Shown: positions 29,020 to 39,751 of the stretch, piece after piece
How the letters are laid out: each line of letters starts with the position of its first letter
How positions within the stretch are numbered: the stretch's first letter is position 1
Assembly: GCA_964016885.1 (NCBI GenBank)
Contig: OZ024743.1
Span: forward strand, 81,282,001-81,346,000
Source: Eledone cirrhosa
Taxonomy: Eukaryota
Reading direction: 5' to 3'
DNA length: 64,000 nt
Program-made: the position numbers and the translations under genes
The notes under the pieces: model-generated
What the model was told of the DNA's origin: nothing
Seen by the model: the letters and a program-made list of their open reading frames with translations, nothing else
The model's database searches: none

Positions 29020-32000
29020 TTCCTTGAATCTCAGTCATTGATGTTGGTTAACTGGAAAGTCCGTTGGATTGAATATCAAGCCACTACCTGCAGCCTCAGA
29101 TATTCAGGACGTATCGGAGGGTTCTTGCCGTTCCAAGCAAGCATGCCTTTTGAAGCGTTCCAAAAAGCGTGAAGGGGCCGATTTTCTTTAACCATCCCTG
29201 GAAACCTTTGGAGATAGTCCCCAGTGCGCCTATGACAATCGGGATCACTTTGACTTCATGGCAGTTCCAAATCCTTTTCACCTCCCACTTTAGGTCCTGG
29301 TATCGGTTAATTTTCTCCCTCTCCTTCTCTTGCACTCTCGTGTCGAACGGGCAGGCCACATCCACAATCAGGCACGATCTTTTTTCTTTGTCCACAACCA
29401 CCAGGTCAGGTCTATTGTGTTCCAGTTTTTTGTCCGTCTGTATCCTAAAATCCCACAGCACCTTCACCTGACTGTTCTCCATCACCGCCTCTGGCCTATG
29501 CTCATACCATTTCTCAGAATGTGGTAGATTGTTTACTTTGCACAGGTGCCAGTGGATCACCCTGCCCATCACATCGTGTCTCCAGCCCTTATAGTGGGTC
29601 TGGGCTAGGTGTTTACACTCGGACACAATGTGAGCCACAGTCTCCTCTCTCTCTCCACAGATCCTGCACAGTGGGCTAGCCTCCTCCTTGTAGATATGGT
29701 GCTTCAACCACTTCGTTTTGAGGGCCTGCTCCTGCGCGGCCATTAGCATTCCTTCTGTAGCCTTTTTGAGGTCTCCTCTTCTCAACCAGTTCCATGTCTG
29801 TGGATCTCTAAATTCAGTTTTCTCAAAGAAGGTACTATGAAGGGATTTTCCCTTAAGGCTGCTCTTCCTCCTTGATGTTATTTCCTCCTTTGGTATCCCC
29901 TGGCCTACTGTCCCCTCCTTCAGTACAGCTCTGAGCATTGGCTCCTTACTATAGGTCACGTATTTGTATAGGTTGTTTTTCTCCATCTGAACACAGTCCT
30001 CTATGCTGATAAGACCTCTTCCACCCTCAGATCTCCTTAGGTAGAGTCTATCGACATCACTCCTCTTGTGGAACATGTTGTAGATAGTCAATAGCTTCCT
30101 AGTCTTCCTATCCATTTCTTTTTGTTCAGCAACATTCCATCTCAGAATTCCCGCACTGTACCTAATAATAGACACAGCTCGGGAATTTACTGCGCTTATG
30201 GCATTTCTGCTGTTCAGATGTGACTTCAATACGCTCCTTACTCTCCGAATGTATTCAGTTCTTAACAATTCCTTCATTTTTTTGTTCTTTATGCCATCAG
30301 CCTCCAGAACGCCCAAATACTTGTATCCTTCCTCAGAGTCAATTTCCTTTATCATCTCACCTGTTGGTATCTGGATCCCGTTACTTCTGCTCAACCTACC
30401 CCTCCTCATCACAATGACTCCACATTTACCAATACCAAACTGCATACATATATCACTGCTGAAAATACGGACAGTGTCAACAAGCACATCCAACTCCTTC
30501 TCACTTTTCCCGAAGAGCTTAAGATCGTCCATGAAGAGGAGGTGATTGATGGTAAGCTCTCCCCTTCCCAACTTGTATCCTGCTCTCACTTTTCGCAGCA
30601 TAATGGTCAAGGGCATCAGGGCAAGGACAAACAACAGAGGGGACAGGCTATCTCCCTGGAAGATACCTCTCTTGATCTTCACGCTTCCCAAGGATACTCC
30701 AGTTGATGTCAACTCTGTCTCCCAGGACCCCATACTCCTGCCCAGCAACTGTCTGATGTTACCTGCCACCCTGAAGATCTCCAGGCTTTTGGTGATCCAG
30801 GAATGAGGCACCATGTCAAATGCCTTTCTGTAGTCTATCCATCCCATGGCAAGATCAGTGTGTCTCCTCCTGCAATTCCCCATTACCATCTTATCAATAA
30901 GCAACTGGTCCTTTGTACCACGTGACTTCTTTCGGCATCCTTTCTGTTCGTCCGGCAACAAGTTGTTTGTGTGGAGGTGATGGTAGATTTCCTCAGACAC
31001 AATGCTCGTCAACAGTTTCCACATTACGGGCAGACATGTGATAGGTCTATAGTTGGTAACATCATTACCCTTGATTCGGTCTTTCATTATCAGAACTGTG
31101 GTACCTTTTGTCAACCACTCTGGCACCTCACCCGACACCAAGCAGTCATTGAACATGGCCGTCAGCTTCGGGTGGAGGGATGTTAAATGTTTAATCCAAT
31201 ACCCCTGCACACCATCTGGGCCTGGTGATTTCCAGTTGGTTAGTTTTTTGGCTTGCCCCTTAAGAGTTTCAACTGTGATACTCAAATCAGTCTGTTGCTG
31301 TGCCTGCTCACCGATCTCCCTCTGTACTGTCTCAATCCACCCTGCCTGGGCATTGTGTCTAACATCCTGCTCCCATATTCCTCTCCAGAATGTTTTAGCT
31401 TGTTCCGCCCCAGGGATCAAGTCGGTGCCTCTTTCTTTCCCCTCAAGCTGTCCAAACAGCATCTTCTGGTTGTTGTCGAACATGCGGTTCTGTTTATACT
31501 GACTGACTCTGTTCTCGTATCGCCTGATTTTGGCACTCTTTGCTACAATGCGTTGCTTCAATTCCTCTATGATAATATTTAGCTTTTTACTCCTAGTTTT
31601 GTATTTTATTTCCAGTCTATTTTTAGTGCCTATGTTTTTTAGTGTCCCATTCAGTAGTGACTCAAGCTTTCCTATGTCATTTCTCATTTCCCCGATTTGC
31701 CCACTCAGTCGCTTCTTCCACCACGGCTCTGCTCTTTCTTGTCTGTTGTTTCCTCTCGCTTTTATACCAAGTAGTTTCCTCACCGTATTTGCTGTTGCTT
31801 TGAGGATATTGTTGCACTGGTGGAGACTCCTCGCCTCAAGGTATGGGATGACTTTGTTTACCTTAGCTGTTGTTTCTTTTAACTTTTTCCTGTCTACAAA
31901 TCTTAGGTTCATAGGTCTCCCACTATCATTGTTCAACTCATCTACCACTAAATTTAGGATGTCAACCGAATCTTGTCCTAGCCCGTCAGCATTCATCTCC

Positions 32001-32859
32001 TCAGTGGCCGTATCTCTGTTCCAGGTATTATTTATCTCAGTATTCAGATCATTGTCTGCTTCGGGTGGTTCCTCCGCTCTCAGGACCTCCTCACCTTCAT
32101 TTCCCGCCGGCTCGCTTGTCTGGCATACTACACCCGCCATCTCCAAGCCATTCTCTCTGCTCAGTTCCTCCAGTTCCAGCTCGCTTATCCACCCATTAGT
32201 TCTTATTACCCGAGCCTGCCCGGCCAATTTTTGTTCATCTAATTTAAATAAACCAATCTCGTTCCAGATGTTATGCATCCGTCTCCTGTAGCCCCTCTCC
32301 TTGGGGTTACTTTTCAGGTAGCATTGCATAACAGTTCTATTCAATTCTTTCGTCCAGTTGGTTCTGGCCCCTTTCCTTCTTCTTCTTCCTCCAACATCAG
32401 CAGTATTTCGTTGACAGTCAGGTTCCTGCTGCTGAGCCAGGGGGCACCTGTTGGGTGAGAGTCTGTCACATGACGTTCTAGTCTCCATTTCACCGTTATT
32501 CGAACTGTTTATGTTCGATATTTAAACACTCTTATCGAGGATTGGCGAATGTATGTTTACATAGCCATCTGTGGATCCGCCATCCCACTTGGCCCTTGTG
32601 TGGCATTATCACCACGCTGTATACGGACACACATAAACAAACAAACACACGGGCAGAAAGGGCCCCAAAAATGAATAAGCATAAGTTTCATTGTAATGTA
32701 GTATTCGAATGTCTGACTTAGTTTTTGTTTTTTAAGTTTTACTTTTTCCCCCCTCTTCTCTGTCCGTCCGCCTGCTTCTCTCTTCATTCTTATTTTCTTT
32801 ACGTTTTTGGGGTTTCTTTTTTTTGTTTTTGTTTTTCTCTGTTTTTCTCGTTTTTTACT

Positions 32860-32860
<1 letters not shown>
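29020..32860 (-). mobile_element. Apparently full-length R4/Dong-clade non-LTR retrotransposon inserted in (TAA)n
   Basis: Single long ORF with RT and restriction-like endonuclease; (TTA)n tracts at 28972-29020 and 32861-32906; the 5' boundary is approximate. Confidence 0.85.
29096..32488 (-). CDS. Retrotransposon polyprotein: reverse transcriptase + CCHC zinc finger + PD-(D/E)xK restriction-like endonuclease (1130 aa, intact)
   Basis: KSPGPDG, YRPITCL, WIDYRKAFD, RGIFQGDSLSP, HLLFMDD, YKYLG; CRICGEREETVAHIVSEC; RHD; HNRPDLVVVDK...IVDVACP...EKINRYQDL. Confidence 0.95.
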   Translation of the reverse strand: METRTSCDRLSPNRCPLAQQQEPDCQRNTADVGGRRRRKGARTNWTKELNRTVMQCYLKSNPKERGYRRRMHNIWNEIGLFKLDEQKLAGQARVIRTNGWISELELEELSRENGLEMAGVVCQTSEPAGNEGEEVLRAEEPPEADNDLNTEINNTWNRDTATEEMNADGLGQDSVDILNLVVDELNNDSGRPMNLRFVDRKKLKETTAKVNKVIPYLEARSLHQCNNILKATANTVRKLLGIKARGNNRQERAEPWWKKRLSGQIGEMRNDIGKLESLLNGTLKNIGTKNRLEIKYKTRSKKLNIIIEELKQRIVAKSAKIRRYENRVSQYKQNRMFDNNQKMLFGQLEGKERGTDLIPGAEQAKTFWRGIWEQDVRHNAQAGWIETVQREIGEQAQQQTDLSITVETLKGQAKKLTNWKSPGPDGVQGYWIKHLTSLHPKLTAMFNDCLVSGEVPEWLTKGTTVLIMKDRIKGNDVTNYRPITCLPVMWKLLTSIVSEEIYHHLHTNNLLPDEQKGCRKKSRGTKDQLLIDKMVMGNCRRRHTDLAMGWIDYRKAFDMVPHSWITKSLEIFRVAGNIRQLLGRSMGSWETELTSTGVSLGSVKIKRGIFQGDSLSPLLFVLALMPLTIMLRKVRAGYKLGRGELTINHLLFMDDLKLFGKSEKELDVLVDTVRIFSSDICMQFGIGKCGVIVMRRGRLSRSNGIQIPTGEMIKEIDSEEGYKYLGVLEADGIKNKKMKELLRTEYIRRVRSVLKSHLNSRNAISAVNSRAVSIIRYSAGILRWNVAEQKEMDRKTRKLLTIYNMFHKRSDVDRLYLRRSEGGRGLISIEDCVQMEKNNLYKYVTYSKEPMLRAVLKEGTVGQGIPKEEITSRRKSSLKGKSLHSTFFEKTEFRDPQTWNWLRRGDLKKATEGMLMAAQEQALKTKWLKHHIYKEEASPLCRICGEREETVAHIVSECKHLAQTHYKGWRHDVMGRVIHWHLCKVNNLPHSEKWYEHRPEAVMENSQVKVLWDFRIQTDKKLEHNRPDLVVVDKEKRSCLIVDVACPFDTRVQEKEREKINRYQDLKWEVKRIWNCHEVKVIPIVIGALGTISKGFQGWLKKIGPFTLFGTLQKACLLGTARTLRYVLNI

Positions 32861-32906
<46 letters not shown>

Positions 32907-33037
32907 GTGTGGTTTTCGCCACGAGTAACCCTCAGAGGTTTCCCCCCTATTGGGGAATTTTTCATTGTTTCAATTTTCATTTTATTGTTTATATATATAT
33001 ATGTTTTGTCTTTTTTTTTTTTTTTTTCTTATATAAA

Positions 33038-33222
33038 TAATTGTTTCTACTTTAGGCACAAGGCCAGCAATTATCCAGTGCATTACTGGTACTTTATTTT
33101 ATCGACCCCGTAAGGATGAAAGGCAAAGTCAACCTCGGCGGGATTTGAACTCAGATCGTAAAGGGACGTAACTATGCTGGAAAGCATGACGTCCGACCCT
33201 CTACCGATACTGTCAATCCACC
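33038..33222 (-). mobile_element. tRNA-derived SINE
   Basis: Same family consensus. Confidence 0.87.
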
Positions 33223-33314
33223 AAATATTTACACGCACAAAACCCACATCGTATCGTCCTGTTGCGTCTGTGATGTTTTTCTTGATGTCAGCCCTTGTGG
33301 CCAATAAAGAAATC

Positions 33315-33525
33315 ATTATTATTATTATTATTATTATTATTTTTTTTTTTCTTCTTCTTCTTCTTCTTCTTCTTCTTCTTCTTCTTCTTCTTCTTCTTCT
33401 TCTTCTTCTTCTTCTTCTTCTTCTTCTTCTTCTTCTTCTTCTTCTTCTTCTTCTTCTTCTTCTTCTTCTTCTTCTTCTTCTTCTTCTTCTTCTTCTTCTT
33501 CTTCTTCTTCTTCTTCTTCTTCTTC
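33315..33525. repeat. (TTA)n/(TTC)n microsatellite, probable 3' tail of the adjacent RTE fragment
   Basis: Directly visible; abuts the RTE 3' end on the minus strand. Confidence 0.85.
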
Positions 33526-34400
33526 GCCCACTTATTCCTGAGAAGATCGTGGGGTCAGAGTCCTGAAACCCTCCTTCCAGCAGGTCCTGTCGGCAGCAAC
33601 TGTCTCCAACTGATCCAGCTGGATCTCCAAGCAAGATCATGGATGATATCCAACCATCTTGCTCGAGGTCTACCCCAGTGTCTTCTGCCGGTTGAGTTTC
33701 TCTGTAAACTCTGTCCAGCGATTCTTTCCTCAGACATTCTAACCACCTGGCCATATTATCGGAGCTATGATCTCCCAATTCGGAGAAATGGCGGCTCTAC
33801 CTGGAGTGACTCTCTCATCTCCGAGCTACACACTCTATCCAGTAATGTTACTCCAGCTGTGATCTCCCAATCCGGAGAACTAGCTGCTCTACCTGGAGTG
33901 ACTCTCTCATCACCGAGCTACACACTCTATCCAGTAATGTTACTCCAGCTGTGATCTCCCAATCCGGAGAACTAGCTGCTCTACCTGGAGTGACTCTCTC
34001 ATCTCCGAGCTACACACTCTATCCAGTAATGTTACTCCAGCTGTGATCTCCCAATCCGGAGAACTAGCGGCTCTACCTGAAGTGACTCTCTCATCTCCGA
34101 GCTACACACTCTATCCAGTAATGTTACTCCAGCTGTGATCTCCCAATCCGGAGAACTAGCTGCTCTACCTGGAGTGACTCTCTCATCTCCGAGCTACACA
34201 CTCTATCCAGTAATGTTACTCCAGCTGTGATCTCCCAATCCGGAGAACTAGCTGCTCTACCTGGAGTGACCCTCTCATCTCCGAGCTACACACTCTATCC
34301 AGTAATGTTACTCCAAAAACCTTTCGGAAGACCCCCACTTCAGCCGTTTCTATTCGCGGTCGTATTCTTTTAGGCATTGCCCAAGATGCCTGACCATAAG
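33526..34400 (-). mobile_element. RTE-clade LINE 3' fragment with an internal 92-bp tandem amplification
   Basis: RIETAEVGVFRKVFGVTLLDRV...LRIGRSQL and VVRMSEERIAGQSL...GRRHWGRPRARWLD, typical of the RTE C-terminus. Confidence 0.8.
33763..34315. repeat. 92-bp tandem repeat, about 6 copies
   Basis: CTCC of GTTACTCC at 33851, 33943, 34035, 34127, 34219 and 34311. Confidence 0.95.
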
Positions 34401-34619
34401 TACCATCCAGCCAATTTCCCTCACAAGACATGGCTGGACCCCAGATAATTATTGCTAGATGTAATTCAATGTAGAATTGAAATATTTATCATTCACTTAG
34501 TTATGAGTTATAAAGAGGCTTGGCTTACTGGCTATGTTGTTTGTTCTACGATTGAGAAGTCGTGTGTTCGGTTCCCAGTGGTGCTTTGTGACCTTGAATC
34601 TTATATTATATTGTTACAG

Positions 34620-35500
34620 TGTTAGTGGTGGTGGCGCTGGTGGTGGTGGTGGTAGTGTGGTACTAATTTTGTGATGGTGGTGATGGTGGTGGTGATGTAG
34701 TAGGGATGCTGTGATGGTGGTGGTGGCGTAGTGATGGTGGTAGTGGTGGTGTAGTGATGGTGGTGGTGTAGTGATGGTGATGGTGGTGGTGTAGTGATGG
34801 TGGTGGTGGTGGTGTATTGATGGTGATGGTGGTGGTGGTGGTGGTGTATGATGGTGATGGTGATGGTGGTGGTGGTATAGTGATGGTGATGGTGGTAGTG
34901 GTGGTGGTGGTGGTGGTGGTGTAGTAATGGTGATGGTGGTGGTGTAGTGATGGTGATGGTGGTGGTGGTGGTGGTGTAGTGGTGGTGTAGTGATGGTGAT
35001 GGTGGTGATGGTGTAGTGATGGTAAGGGTGGTGGTGGATGTGTAGTGATGGTGGCGGTGGTTGGTGTAGTGATGGTGATGGTGGTGGTGTAGTGATGGTG
35101 ATGGTGGTGGTGGTGGTAGTGTAGTGATGGTGATAGTGGTGGTGGTGGTGTAGTGATGGTGGTGGTGGTGGTGTAGTGGTCGCGGTGGTGTAGTGATGGT
35201 GACGGTCGTGGTGGTGGTGGTGTAGTGATGGTGACGGTGGTGGTGGTGGTGTAGTGATGGCGGTGGTGGTTGGTGTAGTGATGGTGATGGTGGTGGTGTA
35301 GTGATGGTGATGGTGGTGGTGGTGGTGTAATGATGGTGATGGTGGTGGTGGTTGGTGTAGGGGTGGTGGTGGTGGTGGTGTAGTGATGGTGATGGTGGTG
35401 GTGGTGGTGGTGGTGGTGGTGGTGGTGGTGTAATGATGGTGATGGTGGTGGTGGTTGGTGTAGTGGTGGTGGTGGTGTAGTGATGGTGATGGTGGTGGTG
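34620..35500. repeat. (GGT/GAT/AGT)n low-complexity triplet repeat
   Basis: Directly visible. Confidence 0.92.
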
Positions 35501-35587
35501 TGTCATTGTTCTGTGTTGTCACCATTAAACACATGGGATAAACTGCCGCTATTAAGATCCGTTCTATCAATCGTCTAACGCCAACAC

Positions 35588-35626
35588 TTTGTGTGTGTGC
35601 GTGTGTGCGTGTGTGTCTCTGTGTGA

Positions 35627-35694
<68 letters not shown>

Positions 35695-36267
35695 ATATGT
35701 GTGTGTGTGTGTGTGTGAATATGTGTATTTTTCGTTTATGTTTGTATATATATATATATATATACATATAAACGAAAGACACACACACACACACATACAA
35801 TTCTAAATATATATATATATATGTGTGTATGTATGTGTGCGTATGTATGTGTGATGGTGTCTGTGTATTTATTTGCATGTGTGTATGTGTCTGTGTGTAC
35901 ATGTGCATATGTTTGGGTGCATCTGTGTCTCGGTGTCTGCGCATGCGTTCGTACGTGTTTACGTTTATGCACGTGTCTCCCTCTCTCTCCCTCTCATCCA
36001 ATTTTCTTTCCCTCTCTCACACACCACTATATATCATTATTTCTCTCTCACTGTCACACACATCCATGCTCTCCTTCCTCTTCCTCATTCTGCTTCTTCA
36101 CCTTCGCTTTCTTTCTCCTCTCCATCCCACACTCTCCTCTCCCTCTCCCCACTCTCTCTTCTCCCTCTCCCCACCTCTCTATCTACCCCCCCACATCACT
36201 GTCTATATATGTAATGAATAATTCAGATTCTATTGACAGTAAGTTTTAGGTTTCGTTTCCTTCCCTC

Positions 36268-36352
<85 letters not shown>

Positions 36353-36550
36353 ACTCACATAACCCCCCCCCACATCACACATGCAAACCTAAACACACTC
36401 ACACACACACATACAGCCAAACACACACATGCAAACCTAAACACACTCACACACACACATACAGCCAAACACACACACACACACACACATACACACACTC
36501 ACAACACAAACACGTACAAACTAAACACACACAACACACCAACACTACAC
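35588..36550. repeat. Compound (TG)n/(TA)n/(CT)n/(CA)n microsatellites
   Basis: Directly visible. Confidence 0.88.
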
Positions 36551-36642
36551 CCTTTTCCCAAACACATTTACAGAAGCCATGTCTACCCAGAATGATGTGG
36601 TCAAGAATGGTCCTTCAAAACTGTAAAATAAAATAGCAACAA

Positions 36643-37888
36643 TAATTGCTTCTACATTTGGCACAAGGCCAGCAGTTTTAGGGGACGGGGAAAGTTGATT
36701 AAATCAACCAGGGGCATTACTGGTACTTTATTTTGTCGAACGTAAGGATGAATGTGCGTGTATCTTTGATGGTGTGTGGGTTTTGTATGTAAACAGGTTT
36801 AATAATTATAAAAGGGAGGTAACAATGAAATTATAACAAAAAGGATTCCTCAAGAGGATTACTCCTGGAATAGAAATAATTGTTTCTACTTTAGGCACAA
36901 GGCCAGCAATTACCCAGTGCATTACTGGTACTTTATTTTATCGACCCCGTAAGGATGAAAGGCAAAGTAAACCTCGGCGGGATTTGAACTCAGACTGTAA
37001 AGGGACGTAACTATGCTGGAAAGCATGGCGTCCGACTCTCTACCGATACTGCCAATCAGAAATAATGATTTCTCGTATAGGCACAAGACCAGTAATTTGG
37101 GGGAGGGGAAAGTCGATTAAATCGAGCCCAGTACATTACTGGTACTTTATGTTATCGACCCCGTAAGGATGAAAGGGCAAAGTTATCCTCGGCGGAATTT
37201 GAAATCAGATCATAAAGGACCGTAACTCTATGCCGCAAAGCATGTTGTCCGACGATCTACCGATACTACCAATCGACCTGGAATATAAATAATAGACGTC
37301 GCAAACAGGCAAAAGCTAGAAATGTTAGGTGAAGTGTAATGTCGTTAATAACGGCTCCAATATTTGACTGGGAATTAATTTTATCCATCTCGGAAAGATG
37401 AAAGTCGGAATTACACGTTACGGGATTTGAACTCACAGCGGCAAGAACTTTAATGACTTTGTCAACCCTCCAATAATAATTGTTTCTACTTTTGGCACAA
37501 GGCCAGCAATTATCCCAGTGCATTACTGGTACTTTATTTTATCGACCACGTAAGGATGAAAATCACAGTTAACCTCGGTGGGATTTGAACTCAGATCATA
37601 AAGAGCCGTAACTCTATGCCGCAAAACATGTTGTCCAACGCTCTACCGATACTGCCAATACAATTATAATAATGGTTTCTTATATAGGCACATGGCCAGC
37701 AATTTTGGGGAGGGGAAAGTCGATTATTTCGACCCCAGTGTATTACTGGTACTTTATTTTATCGACCACGTAAGGATGAAAGGCAAAAGTAACCTCAGCA
37801 GAATTTGAACTGAGATCATAAAGGTCCGTAACTCAATGTCGCAAAACATGTTGTCCGACGCTCTACCGATATTACCAATTCACCGCCC
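36643..37888 (-). mobile_element. Cluster of about 6 same-orientation tRNA-derived SINE copies (full and partial)
   Basis: GGCACAAGGCCAGCA...TTACTGGTACTTTATTTTATCGAC recurs near 36660, 36895, 37080, 37495 and 37687, with a partial copy near 37380. Confidence 0.87.
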
Positions 37889-38255
37889 AATACAATTATA
37901 ATAATAATAAAGAAAATAAAAATAAAACCAAACAATAGATTAAATAAACAATAATAATAATGGTGGATGTCACATGACTGTCCTCATCAGTGTCTTCTAT
38001 GATTCTTTATCACTTCAGTAGGTCTTTTGGCCTAAATCGACTGCAAAAGCTGCTATCAGTTGGTGTTAGTGTCGCGACACCTACCGGAGATGAAGTGAAA
38101 TATATGAGATCAGTGCACGCAATGTGTCTTATTTTGATAACTGTATTGTTGTAATTTAGCGAGGAGAATCTATTGCTTTCGCTATATTTCATCTTGGTGT
38201 ACGCCTGCGCATGTGTGTGTATGTATACATCTACACACACACACACACACACATG

Positions 38256-38286
<31 letters not shown>

Positions 38287-38322
38287 ATTACTTTTACACA
38301 TACACACACACACACACACACA

Positions 38323-38376
<54 letters not shown>

Positions 38377-38526
38377 TTATCAAGGCTGAATTGTGAGTCT
38401 GATAACCCTGTGATAATCATGTGCAACACAACAGAGTAACAAAACTTTACTATTCAGCTTTAAAATGAATATTAAAACTCAACATCGGTATTGAGTGTAC
38501 CCCTTTCTCTCAGCCATCAAACACGT

Positions 38527-38684
<158 letters not shown>

Positions 38685-38897
38685 GAAAGTGTGGGTTTTT
38701 TTACAAAATGAAAAATAACCGAGGTGTCCTACACGAGTGAAAGTATAAAGAAAAAAAGATGAAATCGAAAATGCAACTGGAGTCTTATTTAAAAAAATGT
38801 ATATATTTATTTCGTTCCTTTACCTGTTTTGCAGTTCTTCTGCTTTTCAAAAGTAGAGTTGAGATGGAGGGTCTGTGGTTTTTCTCACATATATTTT

Positions 38898-38929
<32 letters not shown>

Positions 38930-38930
<1 letters not shown>

Positions 38931-39265
38931 CGTTATTCCGGGTTGAATCGGAGGTAACCACAGTAAGTAAGGTACTCAATACATTGCAGAGTATAAAAGT
39001 TTTAATATAGATGAGTTTCTACAGGACTAGAACTGTTTCATTCTTTAGAAATCATCAGGAATCTGGGTATCAAAAAATAAGTATGGTATTTATAGGTCTC
39101 CCCAAGTGGAAGGAGAGGGTAGGGAGTGGGATGGGTGTAGGTTATTGGTTGATAGAAAAGGGAATTCATTAAAAGCTAATTCTTCAAAGCTATAGTTTCC
39201 CCTATACCCCCTTCCCACCCTACCGCCACCCATCCTCAACCTGAAATACGGCCACTATGGTTATG
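38930..39265 (-). mobile_element. (TA)n-anchored hammerhead-bearing element, family 2 (probable Penelope-like pseudo-LTR)
   Basis: Tail CGTTATTCCGGGTTGAATCGGAGGTAACC... shared with 56697, 58685 and 59883; contains a CTGATGA...GAAAC motif. Confidence 0.7.
39013..39065 (-). ncRNA. Type I hammerhead ribozyme-like motif
   Basis: CAGAUUC-CUGAUGA-UUUCUAAAGAAU-GAAA-CAG(UUCUAGUC)CUG-UA/GAAACUC; imperfect stem I, U-U at the base of stem II. Confidence 0.6.
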
Positions 39266-39309
39266 TGAGTACCTCTTACCTATCTGCATTTTCTGCCTGT
39301 AGAGCTGTT

Positions 39310-39433
39310 TTTATGTGTCTGAGTATATGCGTATATTTATTGAGTACTTATTTATTTGTATGTGTATATATTTGTGTGTATGTGTATATATGTGTATGTA
39401 TATGTATGTATATGTATGTGTACATGTATATGT

Positions 39434-39467
<34 letters not shown>

Positions 39468-39678
39468 GTATATATATGTATATATATATATGTGTGTTTA
39501 TATATGTGTATATATGTGTGTATGTATGTGTGTATATATGTGTCTGTATATATATGTGGGTGTGTGTGTGTATATATATGTGTGTATGTGCTTATGTGGT
39601 TCTCTCTGTGTGTGTATTTATTTATTTATGTCTGTATGTGTGTATATATGTGTATATATATGTGTGTGTCTGTGTGTA

Positions 39679-39709
<31 letters not shown>

Positions 39710-39720
39710 GTATATGTATG

Positions 39721-39751
<31 letters not shown>
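39310..39751. repeat. (TA)n/(TG)n mixed microsatellite
   Basis: Directly visible. Confidence 0.9.

Noticed and set aside
29169-32291. Plus-strand ORFs opposite the R4/Dong ORF
   Set aside because: Antisense shadows of a long coding frame
32520-32640. Possible HDV-like ribozyme in the 5' UTR of the R4/Dong element
   Set aside because: Some hairpins are present, but I could not assemble a consistent P1-P1.1-P2-P3-P4 nested pseudoknot by eye; needs an RNArobo or Infernal search
34614-35570. Pro/His/Thr-rich 318-aa ORF
   Set aside because: Low-complexity (ACC/ATC)n repeat with no gene context
37960-38000. Minus-strand CTGATGA followed by a GGA...TCC hairpin
   Set aside because: No GAAA or stem III follows; at most a truncated hammerhead
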